NCBI GenBank assembly: GCA_019322375.1
Contig: JAHWIP010000035.1
Span: 1-62,542, forward strand
Length of the DNA: 62,542 nt
Origin: Candidatus Woesearchaeota archaeon
Lineage (GTDB): Archaea > Nanobdellota > Nanobdellia > Woesearchaeales > SM23-78
Direction: 5' to 3'
Every line of letters starts with the position of its first letter. Position 1 is the first letter of the stretch. A program made the position numbers and the translations under genes. Positions 9,093 to 18,563 of the stretch are shown piece after piece. The notes under the pieces were generated by a model. The model worked only from the letters and a program-made list of their open reading frames with translations, did not search any database and was not told the origin of the DNA.

Positions 9093-11591
9093 ATGATAGA
9101 AGACATTCTCAAAAAAGAGGATAAACTCTCACCTGGGCGTGTTCTAGGAGATAGGTATAAGATAATTGAGGAGATTGGCCGAGGAGGAATGGCACATGTT
9201 TATTCTGCTCATGATAAAAAACTCAAGAGAGTGGTTGCACTAAAAGTTCTTGATAAGAAATTTTACATGGATGAAGAGTATGTTAAAAGATTCAAAAGAG
9301 AGGCTGAGTCCATAGCCAGACTAGACCATCCAAATATTGCTGATGTGTATGACATTGATGAGCTTGATAATAGACTTTATATATCAATGAAATATATTGA
9401 GGGAAAGAGTCTTGATAAAATCATAGAGAAACACAAGGGCTTCTTTGACAAAGAAACAGTATGCAAGGTTGGACAGAAACTTCTTGATGCACTAGCATAT
9501 GCACACATTCAAGGAATTATTCATCGTGATATAAAACCTAGTAATGTGATGATTACAGGAGATGTTGGCCTTACAGGGAAGTGGGACCTTAAAATCCTGG
9601 ATTTTGGTATTGCAAAAATAGTAGATGATGAAACAATTCATACCCAACTAACACAGTACGACACAAGACTGGGCACACCTGAATATATGTCTCCTGAACA
9701 GATTGATGGTGAGGAAACAACTGGAAAAGAGGACGTATGGTCAACATCTGTTGTTCTTTATGAAATGCTTACAAACGGTAGACTGCCATTTGGAATTGTA
9801 AGGGAGATGAAGTATACAAAAAAGACAAAACAAATAGCAGTAGGACAATTAAAAGGACCTAGAAGTATAAACAGCCAGATACCTAAGAATTTAGAAGATA
9901 TAATTTTAAAAGGGCTTGAGAGAGAGATAGATAAAAGATATGATGCAAAGGAAATGCTTGAGGATATAAACAAATCCCTTAATCAAGAAAAATTTGTTGT
10001 TAATGGAAGTAAAGAAAGAAGGGCTGAAGTGTATGGGAAAAAAAGGGGTCTAAAACTAGCAATAGGTGTAGGAATATTATCTGTTCTTCTTGCAACAGGA
10101 GGATGGTTTTGGATAAACAGATATAAAGATATTGGCTCACTAATGCCTGTGGTTAAAGAAATGGAAAAAGCCGAGATTAACAATATGGAGGAGATTGTTC
10201 CTTATTTAAAGAATTACTATCCAAGACTTAGTAAAAGATTAGAGTGGTTTTTTAATAAAGATTTCAGTAAAAGAATAGAGAAGGAAAGACTAAGGATAGA
10301 AAAAGAAAAGCAAGAACCAGGAAAAAAATCTCCAGAGATCTATCCAGTAGGTACTTATACAGCTGATGGATACTTGGGAAAATTTATTTACCTTACAGGA
10401 GAGAGCACTACTGCAGGAGAGATAGTTCCTTTTCTTTACTATCTATATGATGATACCACGAGAAGAGCAAAGAATGAAAAAGATGCTGGAAAAAGATCAA
10501 AATTTGAAAGAAAGGGAAAAGAGATTTTGGATGACATCATGTTTTGCGCTTCTAATCTTTATTTTGCAGAGTACAGTGATACAGCAAGTGGTAGTTCAAT
10601 TAGTGATAGGACTGCACTAGCCGTACACCGATTCCATCCTCCTTGTGCTGAGTTTGTTCAAAGCCTGAAAAAGGACCACCCGCTTATTTATAACGAAAGG
10701 AAAGATGAGATTAAACAAATAGTTGATAATCATGCTAAAGCAATAAAAATGGCTGTTGAATATACACTTAGAAACACCATACAAAAGATAAAAACCTTTC
10801 GTGTGGACGATGTAAGAAATAATCCCAGTACTTGGAATGATAGCGAGTTTGCACTTTTGTTATGTGATGGATTCAGATTGCATGATGTCCAGAGTCAGGT
10901 GCTTTCATCATACGATTACTTAGGAAACAAGACAAGTAACATGTATGAGTTTCTTGAGCTAATAATAAATGAAGCCAAGATAAAGTTTGATAAACTTGCA
11001 ATGCAAGAATCATGGAGGCAAATAGCGTCTAATAATGAGTACTTCGGATTTATGAAAGGTCATGTTCATAGAAAAAAACTTATTCAAGACCTGAAAACAG
11101 GAGAAGAAACCAAGTTTGGGAATAATGAAATATTCCAAAGAAATCTAGAAAACTTATTTAACTCAAGTAACATGTCGAGGTCGGAATTTCTTAATTATCT
11201 ATCAAAGATTGAAAAGAGACTTAATCAAGAAATTCAGATGCTGGGTGAGTTTGGAATACGTCAAGCATTTGATTCACCAAAACCATCTTATTTTCTAATA
11301 GAAAGGAATGGTAATCCTCTGAGTATTTATCATCTTGGATATTTATTAGGATTAAATGCTGTCTATGACAAACCTGATTACAGAGGAATCAGAAAGGATG
11401 ATGTTGATTCATATATTTTTAAAACTATTCTTACTAGAAATCACGTAGTAAAGAATTTAGGCAGGTTCCGTGGCTTTTTCAAGAATACAATTCCTTGGAT
11501 AGATCATGAAGGTTCTATAGGAGGAACCAACATAGCTTTTGGCAGGAGCATTTACAAGCGTATTAGAGGAATTGCTTATGAAGGTTACTGA
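9093..11591 (+). CDS. Hanks-type Ser/Thr protein kinase with one TM and a ~470-aa C-terminal domain of unknown function
   Basis: 'GRGGMAHVY', 'VALKVL', 'HRDIKPSNVM', 'DFGIAK' and 'GTPEYMSPEQ'. TM 'LAIGVGILSVLLATGGWFWI'. I do not recognise the remainder. Confidence 0.85.
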   Translation: MIEDILKKEDKLSPGRVLGDRYKIIEEIGRGGMAHVYSAHDKKLKRVVALKVLDKKFYMDEEYVKRFKREAESIARLDHPNIADVYDIDELDNRLYISMKYIEGKSLDKIIEKHKGFFDKETVCKVGQKLLDALAYAHIQGIIHRDIKPSNVMITGDVGLTGKWDLKILDFGIAKIVDDETIHTQLTQYDTRLGTPEYMSPEQIDGEETTGKEDVWSTSVVLYEMLTNGRLPFGIVREMKYTKKTKQIAVGQLKGPRSINSQIPKNLEDIILKGLEREIDKRYDAKEMLEDINKSLNQEKFVVNGSKERRAEVYGKKRGLKLAIGVGILSVLLATGGWFWINRYKDIGSLMPVVKEMEKAEINNMEEIVPYLKNYYPRLSKRLEWFFNKDFSKRIEKERLRIEKEKQEPGKKSPEIYPVGTYTADGYLGKFIYLTGESTTAGEIVPFLYYLYDDTTRRAKNEKDAGKRSKFERKGKEILDDIMFCASNLYFAEYSDTASGSSISDRTALAVHRFHPPCAEFVQSLKKDHPLIYNERKDEIKQIVDNHAKAIKMAVEYTLRNTIQKIKTFRVDDVRNNPSTWNDSEFALLLCDGFRLHDVQSQVLSSYDYLGNKTSNMYEFLELIINEAKIKFDKLAMQESWRQIASNNEYFGFMKGHVHRKKLIQDLKTGEETKFGNNEIFQRNLENLFNSSNMSRSEFLNYLSKIEKRLNQEIQMLGEFGIRQAFDSPKPSYFLIERNGNPLSIYHLGYLLGLNAVYDKPDYRGIRKDDVDSYIFKTILTRNHVVKNLGRFRGFFKNTIPWIDHEGSIGGTNIAFGRSIYKRIRGIAYEGY

Positions 11592-11606
11592 ATAAAATAA
11601 AAAAAC

Positions 11607-11639
11607 AAAATTTCTAATGAAATTTTGAATATTTTTTTT
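11607..11639. terminator. AT-rich hairpin and T8 run between convergent genes
   Basis: AAAATTTC-TAAT-GAAATTTT followed by TTTTTTTT. Oligo-T runs are also present on the other strand. Confidence 0.35.
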
Positions 11640-11678
11640 AAAAAAGTAAAAAAAATAAAATAAAAAAATTTGTTCTAC

Positions 11679-11897
11679 TTAACCACCTCCATGACACCCA
11701 GGGTCAACCACTGGATCACAAAACCAGGATCCACCATGACATCCAGGGTCAACCACTGGATCACAGAAAGATGTGCTTTCTGCAAAATCCATTTCTGTCA
11801 TTACGCCTGCATTATCGTGTGCCAGCAGGACTCCGCCTACACCTAATACCAGGGCGCAGACTAATAGAGCTATAGCTACAACTACTAATTTATTCAT
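11679..11897 (-). CDS. Small secreted Cys/His-rich peptide with a tandem 15-aa repeat (FCDPVVDPGCHGG x2)
   Basis: Signal peptide 'MNKLVVVAIALLVCALVLGVGGVLLA'. SD 'GGGGTGA' lies 4 nt upstream of the ATG. The gene is visibly more GC-rich than its AT-rich flanks. The C-terminus consists of two near-identical repeats. Confidence 0.6.
   Translation of the reverse strand: MNKLVVVAIALLVCALVLGVGGVLLAHDNAGVMTEMDFAESTSFCDPVVDPGCHGGSWFCDPVVDPGCHGGG
11691..11765 (-). repeat. Two 30-nt near-identical units, period 45 nt, encoding FCDPVVDPGCHGG
   Basis: 11691-11720 and 11736-11765 differ at one position. Confidence 0.9.
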
Positions 11898-11955
11898 ATT
11901 TTCACCCCCATATTGGGACGAAAAAGATGGGGTTTTATTTAAATTCCACTAAAAG

Positions 11956-11988
11956 AATAGGATAAATTTTGACTTTTTTTATCCTATT
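11956..11988. promoter_or_regulatory. Perfect 11-bp inverted repeat (AATAGGATAAA N11 TTTATCCTATT) between divergent genes
   Basis: Read directly from the sequence. It lies between the peptide gene (minus) and ORF 12051 (plus), so it is not a terminator for either. Confidence 0.45.
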
Positions 11989-12050
11989 ATTGAAGTTTAA
12001 AAATAAGATATGCAAAGATTTATAATAAAAAATAATATTACTTTAATTGA

Positions 12051-13556
12051 ATGGTAAAGAAAAAGATACTAAAGCAGCAGTTAAATGAGAAAGATAAACA
12101 AATAAAAAAATTAGAAGAAATAACTAAGAAGTACAAAAAAGAGGCTATTGCCAACAAAGCAGAAGCTGAAGCAAACAAATCACAATTAGAAAAGCAAGTT
12201 ATTATTAACAAGGAACAGGAAGAGCAAATAAAAAAGTATGAGGAAGAACTAGGTATAGAATCCGAAGAAGGAAAAGTAACAACAATAATTGGTCGCCTGT
12301 CCAAAGCAAGCCATTATCTTTTTGACACAGAAGACACAAAAATCTTTCACAAAGCAGCACCCTATCTAAGAAAAAGCATTAAATTAGATCAACAGAAAAA
12401 AGTAAGATTAGACAACGGATACCAAAAAAAAGAGATCTTGGTGTTCTTATGCACTCCAAGAGATGGAAAAACAGTAATTAGACTTAACAGACCTAGAGAA
12501 AAAGAAAGAATCAAACAAGAACTAAGTATAGAAAACGCGCTTCTTATGGAGTACCCAAACGCAATGATGGCAAATGCGGTATACAAAATATACGAGCTGA
12601 TAACTCAAGATAAAAAAAATAATCCGCAAATAGAAATCCCGAATCTTTGTGAAAAAAAACAAGCAGAGGAATTCCTTTTAGAAAAGGTAGTGCCGACCTC
12701 AGACTTGACCCCTGACGGTTTGTTCAGCCTTTTTCATTTGATAGAAAAAAGAGACTTCCCTGAACACATAAAAAAAGCAATTATAGGTCCTCTTATTAAA
12801 AAACAACTTAGAGACATCGCATACCTAAGAACAAAAAATTATCAATTTGATAAAAGACTAATAATTGATTCTTCACATGGAAAAAAAATGCTTGATGTTT
12901 ATGATGAAGCAAAAATATCTTTAACACTTGAAGAAAATAGGAAAATTAAGGAAATAGGAGAACTTATTGATGAAAGAGCCTTCTATAACTTTGTAGATAG
13001 TGCTTCTTGGAATTCCATCAGTCATAAATATCTTGTAGATAATTACTTAGTGAAGAAAGTGCTTTCGCCGGATTTTATTTTAGATCATAAAGAACTAGAA
13101 GAACTTGTAAACAAACACGTATATCGAATTGACCTTGACAAAATGGTAAGGATGACCTTCCCATCAGACGATGCGATACACACATTAGAATGGCCAGTAC
13201 CAATATTAACTCTAAGAGAGAGGACTGAATATGAACAATATTTTGTTGAAAAGCTTTCTGAACATGGAGAAGATATAGAACATTACTGGGACTTTAGAGC
13301 ATTAGAAGGTTTCTATAGACACATAAGAATGTGGTTCTTTTACAGACGAAATCCAGAAAATTACCCAGACCCTGGAGATTCATACAAACAGCACCATTTG
13401 GACATGTCTTTTTATAGCCTTTACATACACACTTTTGAAAGAGAACCACCCCAAAAAGAGGCGATCAACACAGATCTTAAAAAGGGCTTAGAGTTAATGA
13501 TGCATTCCAACTGTAGACCCCAGGCAATCGAATATCCTATTAATTATGCTAAATAG
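12051..13556 (+). CDS. Hypothetical 501-aa cytoplasmic protein with an N-terminal K/E coiled coil
   Basis: Long uninterrupted ORF with protein-like composition. No motif that I recognise. Confidence 0.6.
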   Translation: MVKKKILKQQLNEKDKQIKKLEEITKKYKKEAIANKAEAEANKSQLEKQVIINKEQEEQIKKYEEELGIESEEGKVTTIIGRLSKASHYLFDTEDTKIFHKAAPYLRKSIKLDQQKKVRLDNGYQKKEILVFLCTPRDGKTVIRLNRPREKERIKQELSIENALLMEYPNAMMANAVYKIYELITQDKKNNPQIEIPNLCEKKQAEEFLLEKVVPTSDLTPDGLFSLFHLIEKRDFPEHIKKAIIGPLIKKQLRDIAYLRTKNYQFDKRLIIDSSHGKKMLDVYDEAKISLTLEENRKIKEIGELIDERAFYNFVDSASWNSISHKYLVDNYLVKKVLSPDFILDHKELEELVNKHVYRIDLDKMVRMTFPSDDAIHTLEWPVPILTLRERTEYEQYFVEKLSEHGEDIEHYWDFRALEGFYRHIRMWFFYRRNPENYPDPGDSYKQHHLDMSFYSLYIHTFEREPPQKEAINTDLKKGLELMMHSNCRPQAIEYPINYAK

Positions 13557-14411
13557 ATAAGAATATAAAGGTTTCTCACTAGAGTTAAACTTGGTTTCTA
13601 AAAGTTTTTGTTTTAGAGATTTAATACTGCTTCTCATCTTGAGCAGTTCTTTATCAGAGTAATTATAAAAAAAATGATAATATTTCTCAAACAAATCATT
13701 TATTTGAAAATATGTATCTTGAACAGCAGGGCTTATTTTATAAGTCGGTTTATTAAGAATGATAGTGATAATATCTCGATAATCATCGCATATGCTCTCA
13801 AGAAGCCAGACTATAAGATAAGTGTATATTGTTTTGTCGTCCTTATAGGGTTTCTTATTAAGCAGTCTTTGACAGTAGTTAGTTAGCTTGTTATTTGTTT
13901 TCTCAAGAATCAATAGCTCTTTTAGATTATCTTTTCTGCCTTTCTTTATTTCTTCCAAGCTGTTCTTTGCAAGTGAGAGTGAAACCAGAAAGGTTCTTCG
14001 TATCAAGACATTAAGTTCTGATGGATGGTCTCCGGAAACAGCTTTTACAATGCAGATATTGCCTTTTTGTTCTATTATTTCATAGCCCATAAGCATAGAA
14101 TTAATCCTCTCCTGAACTATTTTTACTGTTTCGGGGTTCTTAAAAACGATTTCTATTTCATCATACCCTGTTTTATGCAGCATAGACATTATGCTATGTA
14201 TAGCTCCCCAGTTAGTATCTGAGAAATCAACTTTTGTCTTCTTAGTTAAAAGATGTTCTTCACCTAGGTAAACTGTGAGAACATTCCCTTCATCATCAAC
14301 ATTAAGTTCATCACCTTTCATTACATTATTATTTTTAACCCATTTTGACGGCAGAGAAACTGTTAGTGTTGACGGTCCATGCAGAATGACTTTTCTTTTA
14401 ATATGAATCAC
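13494..14411 (-). CDS. AbrB/SpoVT-domain plus PhoU-like domain regulator (archaeal phosphate-uptake-regulator type)
   Basis: 'RKVILHGPSTLTVSLPSKWVKNN' is a swapped-hairpin AbrB motif, followed by a helical PhoU-like body. The ORF-track N-terminus (to 14510) runs through a TTTATATA box at 14438-14445, so a GTG at 14411 (or an ATT just after it) is the more likely start. Confidence 0.7.
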   Translation of the reverse strand: MIHIKRKVILHGPSTLTVSLPSKWVKNNNVMKGDELNVDDEGNVLTVYLGEEHLLTKKTKVDFSDTNWGAIHSIMSMLHKTGYDEIEIVFKNPETVKIVQERINSMLMGYEIIEQKGNICIVKAVSGDHPSELNVLIRRTFLVSLSLAKNSLEEIKKGRKDNLKELLILEKTNNKLTNYCQRLLNKKPYKDDKTIYTYLIVWLLESICDDYRDIITIILNKPTYKISPAVQDTYFQINDLFEKYYHFFYNYSDKELLKMRSSIKSLKQKLLETKFNSSEKPLYSYLFSIINRIFDCLGSTVGMHH

Positions 14412-14437
14412 CTCCTTTAAAAGCAAGAAAAGGTCCT

Positions 14438-14445
14438 TATATAAA
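14438..14445 (-). promoter_or_regulatory. TATA box (TTTATATA) of the AbrB-PhoU gene
   Basis: Lies 26 nt upstream of the GTG at 14411, inside the ORF-track N-terminal extension. Confidence 0.5.
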
Positions 14446-14595
14446 TATCTTTCTAAAAATATACATATACACATAATGTGATAAAAAAGTATATATAATT
14501 GATTTAACAAATATTTATCCTGAAACTTATTTGAAGGTTAAAAAAACAATTAATTTATCCAAAACACATTTAAAATGGGATGAAGGCGGGAGCAA

Positions 14596-14946
14596 ATGGG
14601 AAGTATTCTTAGCTCAAGAAGAGAGAAAGACAAAGTAATTATTGAAGCCTCTCTTGACCATGAAGAACTAGTCCAGTTAAAAGGAGAAATAGATAATGTT
14701 CATCTTTTCTCAGAAGAAGTCGCTGATTTAAGAACCAATATCTCAAGAAGAGGAAAAAATGAAGCTACTAAATACTTTCTAATACCCAGACACCTGAGAA
14801 AGGATTTGAGTATAAGAGAACCTGTGAGTTGTCAAAGAATAAACACTCCTGACAAAGCAATCTTTGTGTATGTTGTTAATAAAAATGTCTTTTATGGAGT
14901 ACAAAAGATAAAAAAGAATAACAGCTTAAAGGGTGTTGAGACATAG
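14596..14946 (+). CDS. Hypothetical 116-aa protein
   Basis: ORF with an upstream purine-rich SD-like 'GGCGGGAG'. It directly precedes the P-loop-less KaiC-like gene. No recognised motif. Confidence 0.45.
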   Translation: MGSILSSRREKDKVIIEASLDHEELVQLKGEIDNVHLFSEEVADLRTNISRRGKNEATKYFLIPRHLRKDLSIREPVSCQRINTPDKAIFVYVVNKNVFYGVQKIKKNNSLKGVET

Positions 14947-14957
14947 GTTGAATAAAA

Positions 14958-15506
14958 ATGGAGTTATTATCTCAGATGAGTGATAATAAGTTTGTTCTTG
15001 TACTTCTTCAAAGCAAAAACTATGCAGATGTTTTGTACAAGGTTATTGGAAAAGTAAATAAAAATAAATTCAATATATGCTATGTCTGCCTCTCAAAACC
15101 CTACGCCGATGTAATTGAAGAACTTAAAAATGAGAAAATAAATTATGAGCACTTTATATTCATAGATGTTGTTAGCAGCCTCCATTATAAGTTAAAACCA
15201 ATAAAAAACTGCATATTTATTCCAGGTCCTGACAACCTCGAGGATCTAATGAAAGCTGTAAAAAAAGCTATAAATAAATATAGATGTGAAGCAGTGATAT
15301 TTGATACAATTTCAACCCTATTAGTATATCAGCAGACTCACTCAATCGTCAAATTTACTCATGAGCTGATAATGGACAAAAATCAAGAAACAGTTAACAA
15401 GATTTATGTAGTCCTTAAAGAAAAAGGTCTTTATAAGGATGAAAGTAGAAAATTAGTAAATGACCTTAACCTATTTGCAGATAAGATAATTGATATAAAG
15501 GATTGA
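14958..15506 (+). CDS. KaiC/RecA-like fold protein lacking a P-loop, paralog of 8477-9004
   Basis: Collinear similarity to 8477-9004. No Walker A. Sits directly upstream of a receiver-domain gene. Confidence 0.65.
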   Translation: MELLSQMSDNKFVLVLLQSKNYADVLYKVIGKVNKNKFNICYVCLSKPYADVIEELKNEKINYEHFIFIDVVSSLHYKLKPIKNCIFIPGPDNLEDLMKAVKKAINKYRCEAVIFDTISTLLVYQQTHSIVKFTHELIMDKNQETVNKIYVVLKEKGLYKDESRKLVNDLNLFADKIIDIKD

Positions 15507-15555
15507 AAAGAAGGTAAAAAAGAATAAAGTCATTAAATATGAAAATAATGTGAAA

Positions 15556-15930
15556 ATGGCAAGAACAATAATGATTGTGGATGATGAACCGCACATGATA
15601 GAACTTGAAAAAGCCATCCTAGAAGCAGAGGGTTTTAAGACAATAAGTGCTTTTAATGGTGAGCAAGCATTAAAACTTCTTGAGAAGATCAAGCCAGACC
15701 TTGTAGTCTTGGACATGATGATGCCTGATATGTCTGGACGAGAGGTGTGTGAAAATATAAGAAAGAACCCTAAAACCAAGAATCTAAAAGTAATATTTGT
15801 AACAGTAGCCAGGTTCTCAGAAGTAGGAAAGGATAAGCTCAAAAATATGAATGTACTTGATTATATAACTAAACCTTTTAATAATGACGAACTTGTCTTT
15901 AGGATAAATAAAGTATTAAGAGTAAAGTAA
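15556..15930 (+). CDS. Stand-alone response-regulator receiver (CheY-like)
   Basis: 'IMIVDDEPHM', 'DLVVLDMMMPDMSG', 'KVIFVT' and 'DYITKPF'. The ATG at 15556 is preferred over the GTG at 15550. Confidence 0.85.
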   Translation: MARTIMIVDDEPHMIELEKAILEAEGFKTISAFNGEQALKLLEKIKPDLVVLDMMMPDMSGREVCENIRKNPKTKNLKVIFVTVARFSEVGKDKLKNMNVLDYITKPFNNDELVFRINKVLRVK

Positions 15931-15934
15931 GAAA

Positions 15935-18169
15935 TTACTTTGATTTAGTTGTTTTCTTTAATTTTTTTGTCAACTCAGGTTTTCTTATTTTTGTTTCTCT
16001 TCCAACTTTCTTAAACACCCTTAATTCCTCCTCGCCTTTAGCAGGACCCTTAACAGGCAAGGTAAAACTAAAAGCAGAGCCTTTACCGGGTTTAGACTTA
16101 ACCCGCATCTCCCCACCCAAAGCTCCAACCACACCTTTACATATGGCAAGACCCAGACCACTACCCACAGTCTTCCTTGTATAAGAGGAGTCAACCTGAT
16201 AGAACCTTTCAAAGATCTTGCTAAAATGCTTTTCTGCAATACCAATGCCACTATCCTTAACTATGAACAAAACATTATTGCTAGATTTATAAGCAGAAAC
16301 CACAATTTTCCCTCCTCTTCTAGGCGTGTATTTAATAGCATTATTAACCAGATTAGTCAATATTTGAAACAATCTACTTTTATCAGTGTTAATATATTGG
16401 GGGATATTATTAGCAACATTTGCTTTAAGCACGATCCCTTTTTTAGCAGCCAACAAGTATAGCTCCTTAACAAGCTCCTTAAACACATTCTTAATGCTCA
16501 CCCTCTCAAAAAAGAACTTCATTGTTCCAAGGTCAAGCTTTGAAAGGTCAAAGATGTCATCAATATGCTTCTTAAGCCTTTCAGTATCTTCTAATATGAT
16601 CTTTAAATAATTATCTCTCTGCCGAACATTAGAGGCAATCTTTTTTTTCTGCAAAAGGCTTGCAAAGCCATGAATTGAGGCAAGAGGGGTTTTTAGCTCA
16701 TGAGCAGTTATGGATATGAACTCATTCTTGTACTTATCTACTCTTCTTAATTCAACATTTGCTTTTTCCAACTCCTTGTTAAGCCTTAAGAGTTCTTTCT
16801 GAGACTTTTCAAGCTCCTTTTTTGAAAGATTAACATCCTCAAGCATGTTAAGAATAGCTGTTCTTGTCTTCTCAAGCTCCTTGACCTTTTGGTTAAGCTC
16901 TTTTGTTCTCTTTTCTACCAGGACTTCTAGTTCTTTTTCGTGCTGTCTTATCTTTACATGGGATTGTTTTAAATCCCCAGTCATCTTACTAAAAGCAGAA
17001 GCAAGCTCGCCTATTTCATCTTTTGACTTAATCTCTATTTTTGTATCCAGCTCGCCTTTGCCAATCTTAACAGAAGCGTCTCTTAAGTGTGTTATTGGCC
17101 TTGAAATAGAGATTGAAATTAGAATACTGAGTGTGACAGCAACTATTAGTGAGATCACCAACAGGATTAATATACTATTTCTTAAGTTGATTACTGGAGC
17201 AAATATTTCTTCTGTGTCATACTCTACTACCAAAACCCAGTCTAAGCCCTTAAAATCTTTATAACCTTTTGAATGAGCATAAGCAAATAATTCTTCTCCT
17301 TCACCAGGCTCATCACCCATAGCAATAAAATAATCTGTATGTTCTCCTGCTAAGAAATGAGTTAACAACTCATCATAAACATTCTCAAAAAATTCAAATT
17401 CTTTGGTTGAATAAATAAACTTTCCTTCCTTATTTAATAATTTAAAATGCATTGTTTTATGTTCTGCATGCATTCCACTTGATTCTAATTCTTTTATTAT
17501 ATTAATTACTTCTTCAATATTTAGAACAACTTTCATAACACCAATAAAATTTCCATTCTCATCATCAATCCTTATCCCAACATCAGTAGAATAAACCCCC
17601 GCACTTCTATCGTACTCAATATCTGCTATATACAAACCATCTCTTTTTGCATTTTGCCACCACTCTTCATCATCTTGTCTGTAATCAGAAGTTTTTCCTG
17701 TCTGAGCAACATTGACACCATACTTGTTTGTTACAAAAACTTCACCAAAAACCCTATACCCATATTTTTCTTCATAAAAATTCATTCTTTCTCTCAGCCG
17801 CTGGGATAATACATTATTAATTAACTTCTCCATAAAAGGAGTTATTTCTTCTTTTGGTGCAGAAATCCATTTCTGATCCTCTTCATTAATATACCTTTGT
17901 ATATTATCCAATTTTTCAAATTCTTGGTTGCAAGATAAAATTGTTTCCTTTAACCTTGGATTTGTATGAGTATATGCCTCCCATCTCTCGATTCTGTTAA
18001 AAATATCCCTATCTATTTTATCCAACATTTCAACAGCTAAAGCTATAGAACTTTCTCCAATGGATTTTTGTAATGCTTTTTGACTTGTAGTAATAGAAAA
18101 ATGAGTCATGATCCCAACTAAAAAAATAACTCCAAAAAACCCAAGAAGCAATTTTTGAGATATTTTCAT
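15935..18169 (-). CDS. Sensor histidine kinase (TM, Cache-like ectodomain, TM, HAMP, coiled coil, HisKA, HATPase_c)
   Basis: H-box 'SITAHELKTPLASI'. N-box 'NLVNNAIKYT'. 'DSGIGI' and 'GSGLGLAI'. Cache-like 'DYRQDDEEWWQNA...IGVMKVV'. SD 'GGAAGGT' lies upstream. Confidence 0.9.
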   Translation of the reverse strand: MKISQKLLLGFFGVIFLVGIMTHFSITTSQKALQKSIGESSIALAVEMLDKIDRDIFNRIERWEAYTHTNPRLKETILSCNQEFEKLDNIQRYINEEDQKWISAPKEEITPFMEKLINNVLSQRLRERMNFYEEKYGYRVFGEVFVTNKYGVNVAQTGKTSDYRQDDEEWWQNAKRDGLYIADIEYDRSAGVYSTDVGIRIDDENGNFIGVMKVVLNIEEVINIIKELESSGMHAEHKTMHFKLLNKEGKFIYSTKEFEFFENVYDELLTHFLAGEHTDYFIAMGDEPGEGEELFAYAHSKGYKDFKGLDWVLVVEYDTEEIFAPVINLRNSILILLVISLIVAVTLSILISISISRPITHLRDASVKIGKGELDTKIEIKSKDEIGELASAFSKMTGDLKQSHVKIRQHEKELEVLVEKRTKELNQKVKELEKTRTAILNMLEDVNLSKKELEKSQKELLRLNKELEKANVELRRVDKYKNEFISITAHELKTPLASIHGFASLLQKKKIASNVRQRDNYLKIILEDTERLKKHIDDIFDLSKLDLGTMKFFFERVSIKNVFKELVKELYLLAAKKGIVLKANVANNIPQYINTDKSRLFQILTNLVNNAIKYTPRRGGKIVVSAYKSSNNVLFIVKDSGIGIAEKHFSKIFERFYQVDSSYTRKTVGSGLGLAICKGVVGALGGEMRVKSKPGKGSAFSFTLPVKGPAKGEEELRVFKKVGRETKIRKPELTKKLKKTTKSK

Positions 18170-18563
18170 TTTTTACCTTCCAGTTCCCTAATTTTCTTCT
18201 TCAACTCAACCAGTATAGATTCCCTATCCCCGCAAGTTTATGGAATTTTTCAAACTCCTCTGTTCTCTTCCTGATCTCTTCCTTTGACTTCTTGCGCTCA
18301 GCAACATTCTCTCTAAGAACCCTTCTCTTTATCATAAACTGACCTCTTTTTCTAACAAAATACTATGTTCTTACATTTAATATATCTCTTTACTTACAGA
18401 TTTTTTAACCTAACGCTAAAGTTGGGATAAACGCGTATTATTAACTCTCAGGTAATGCGCGTCTAAGCAGAAAGTTTTTAAACTCCAAATATCAAGATTA
18501 ATCTCAAGAGGAAAAGGGTGAGTGATTTTTACTTGCTCAAATATATATCCGCGCTGAGCAACG

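Noticed and set aside
11679-11897. c-type heme-binding (CxxCH) reading of the small peptide.
   Set aside because: The Cys residues are 8 positions apart (C-X7-C-H), so there is no CxxCH motif. A metal or disulfide role remains only a hypothesis.
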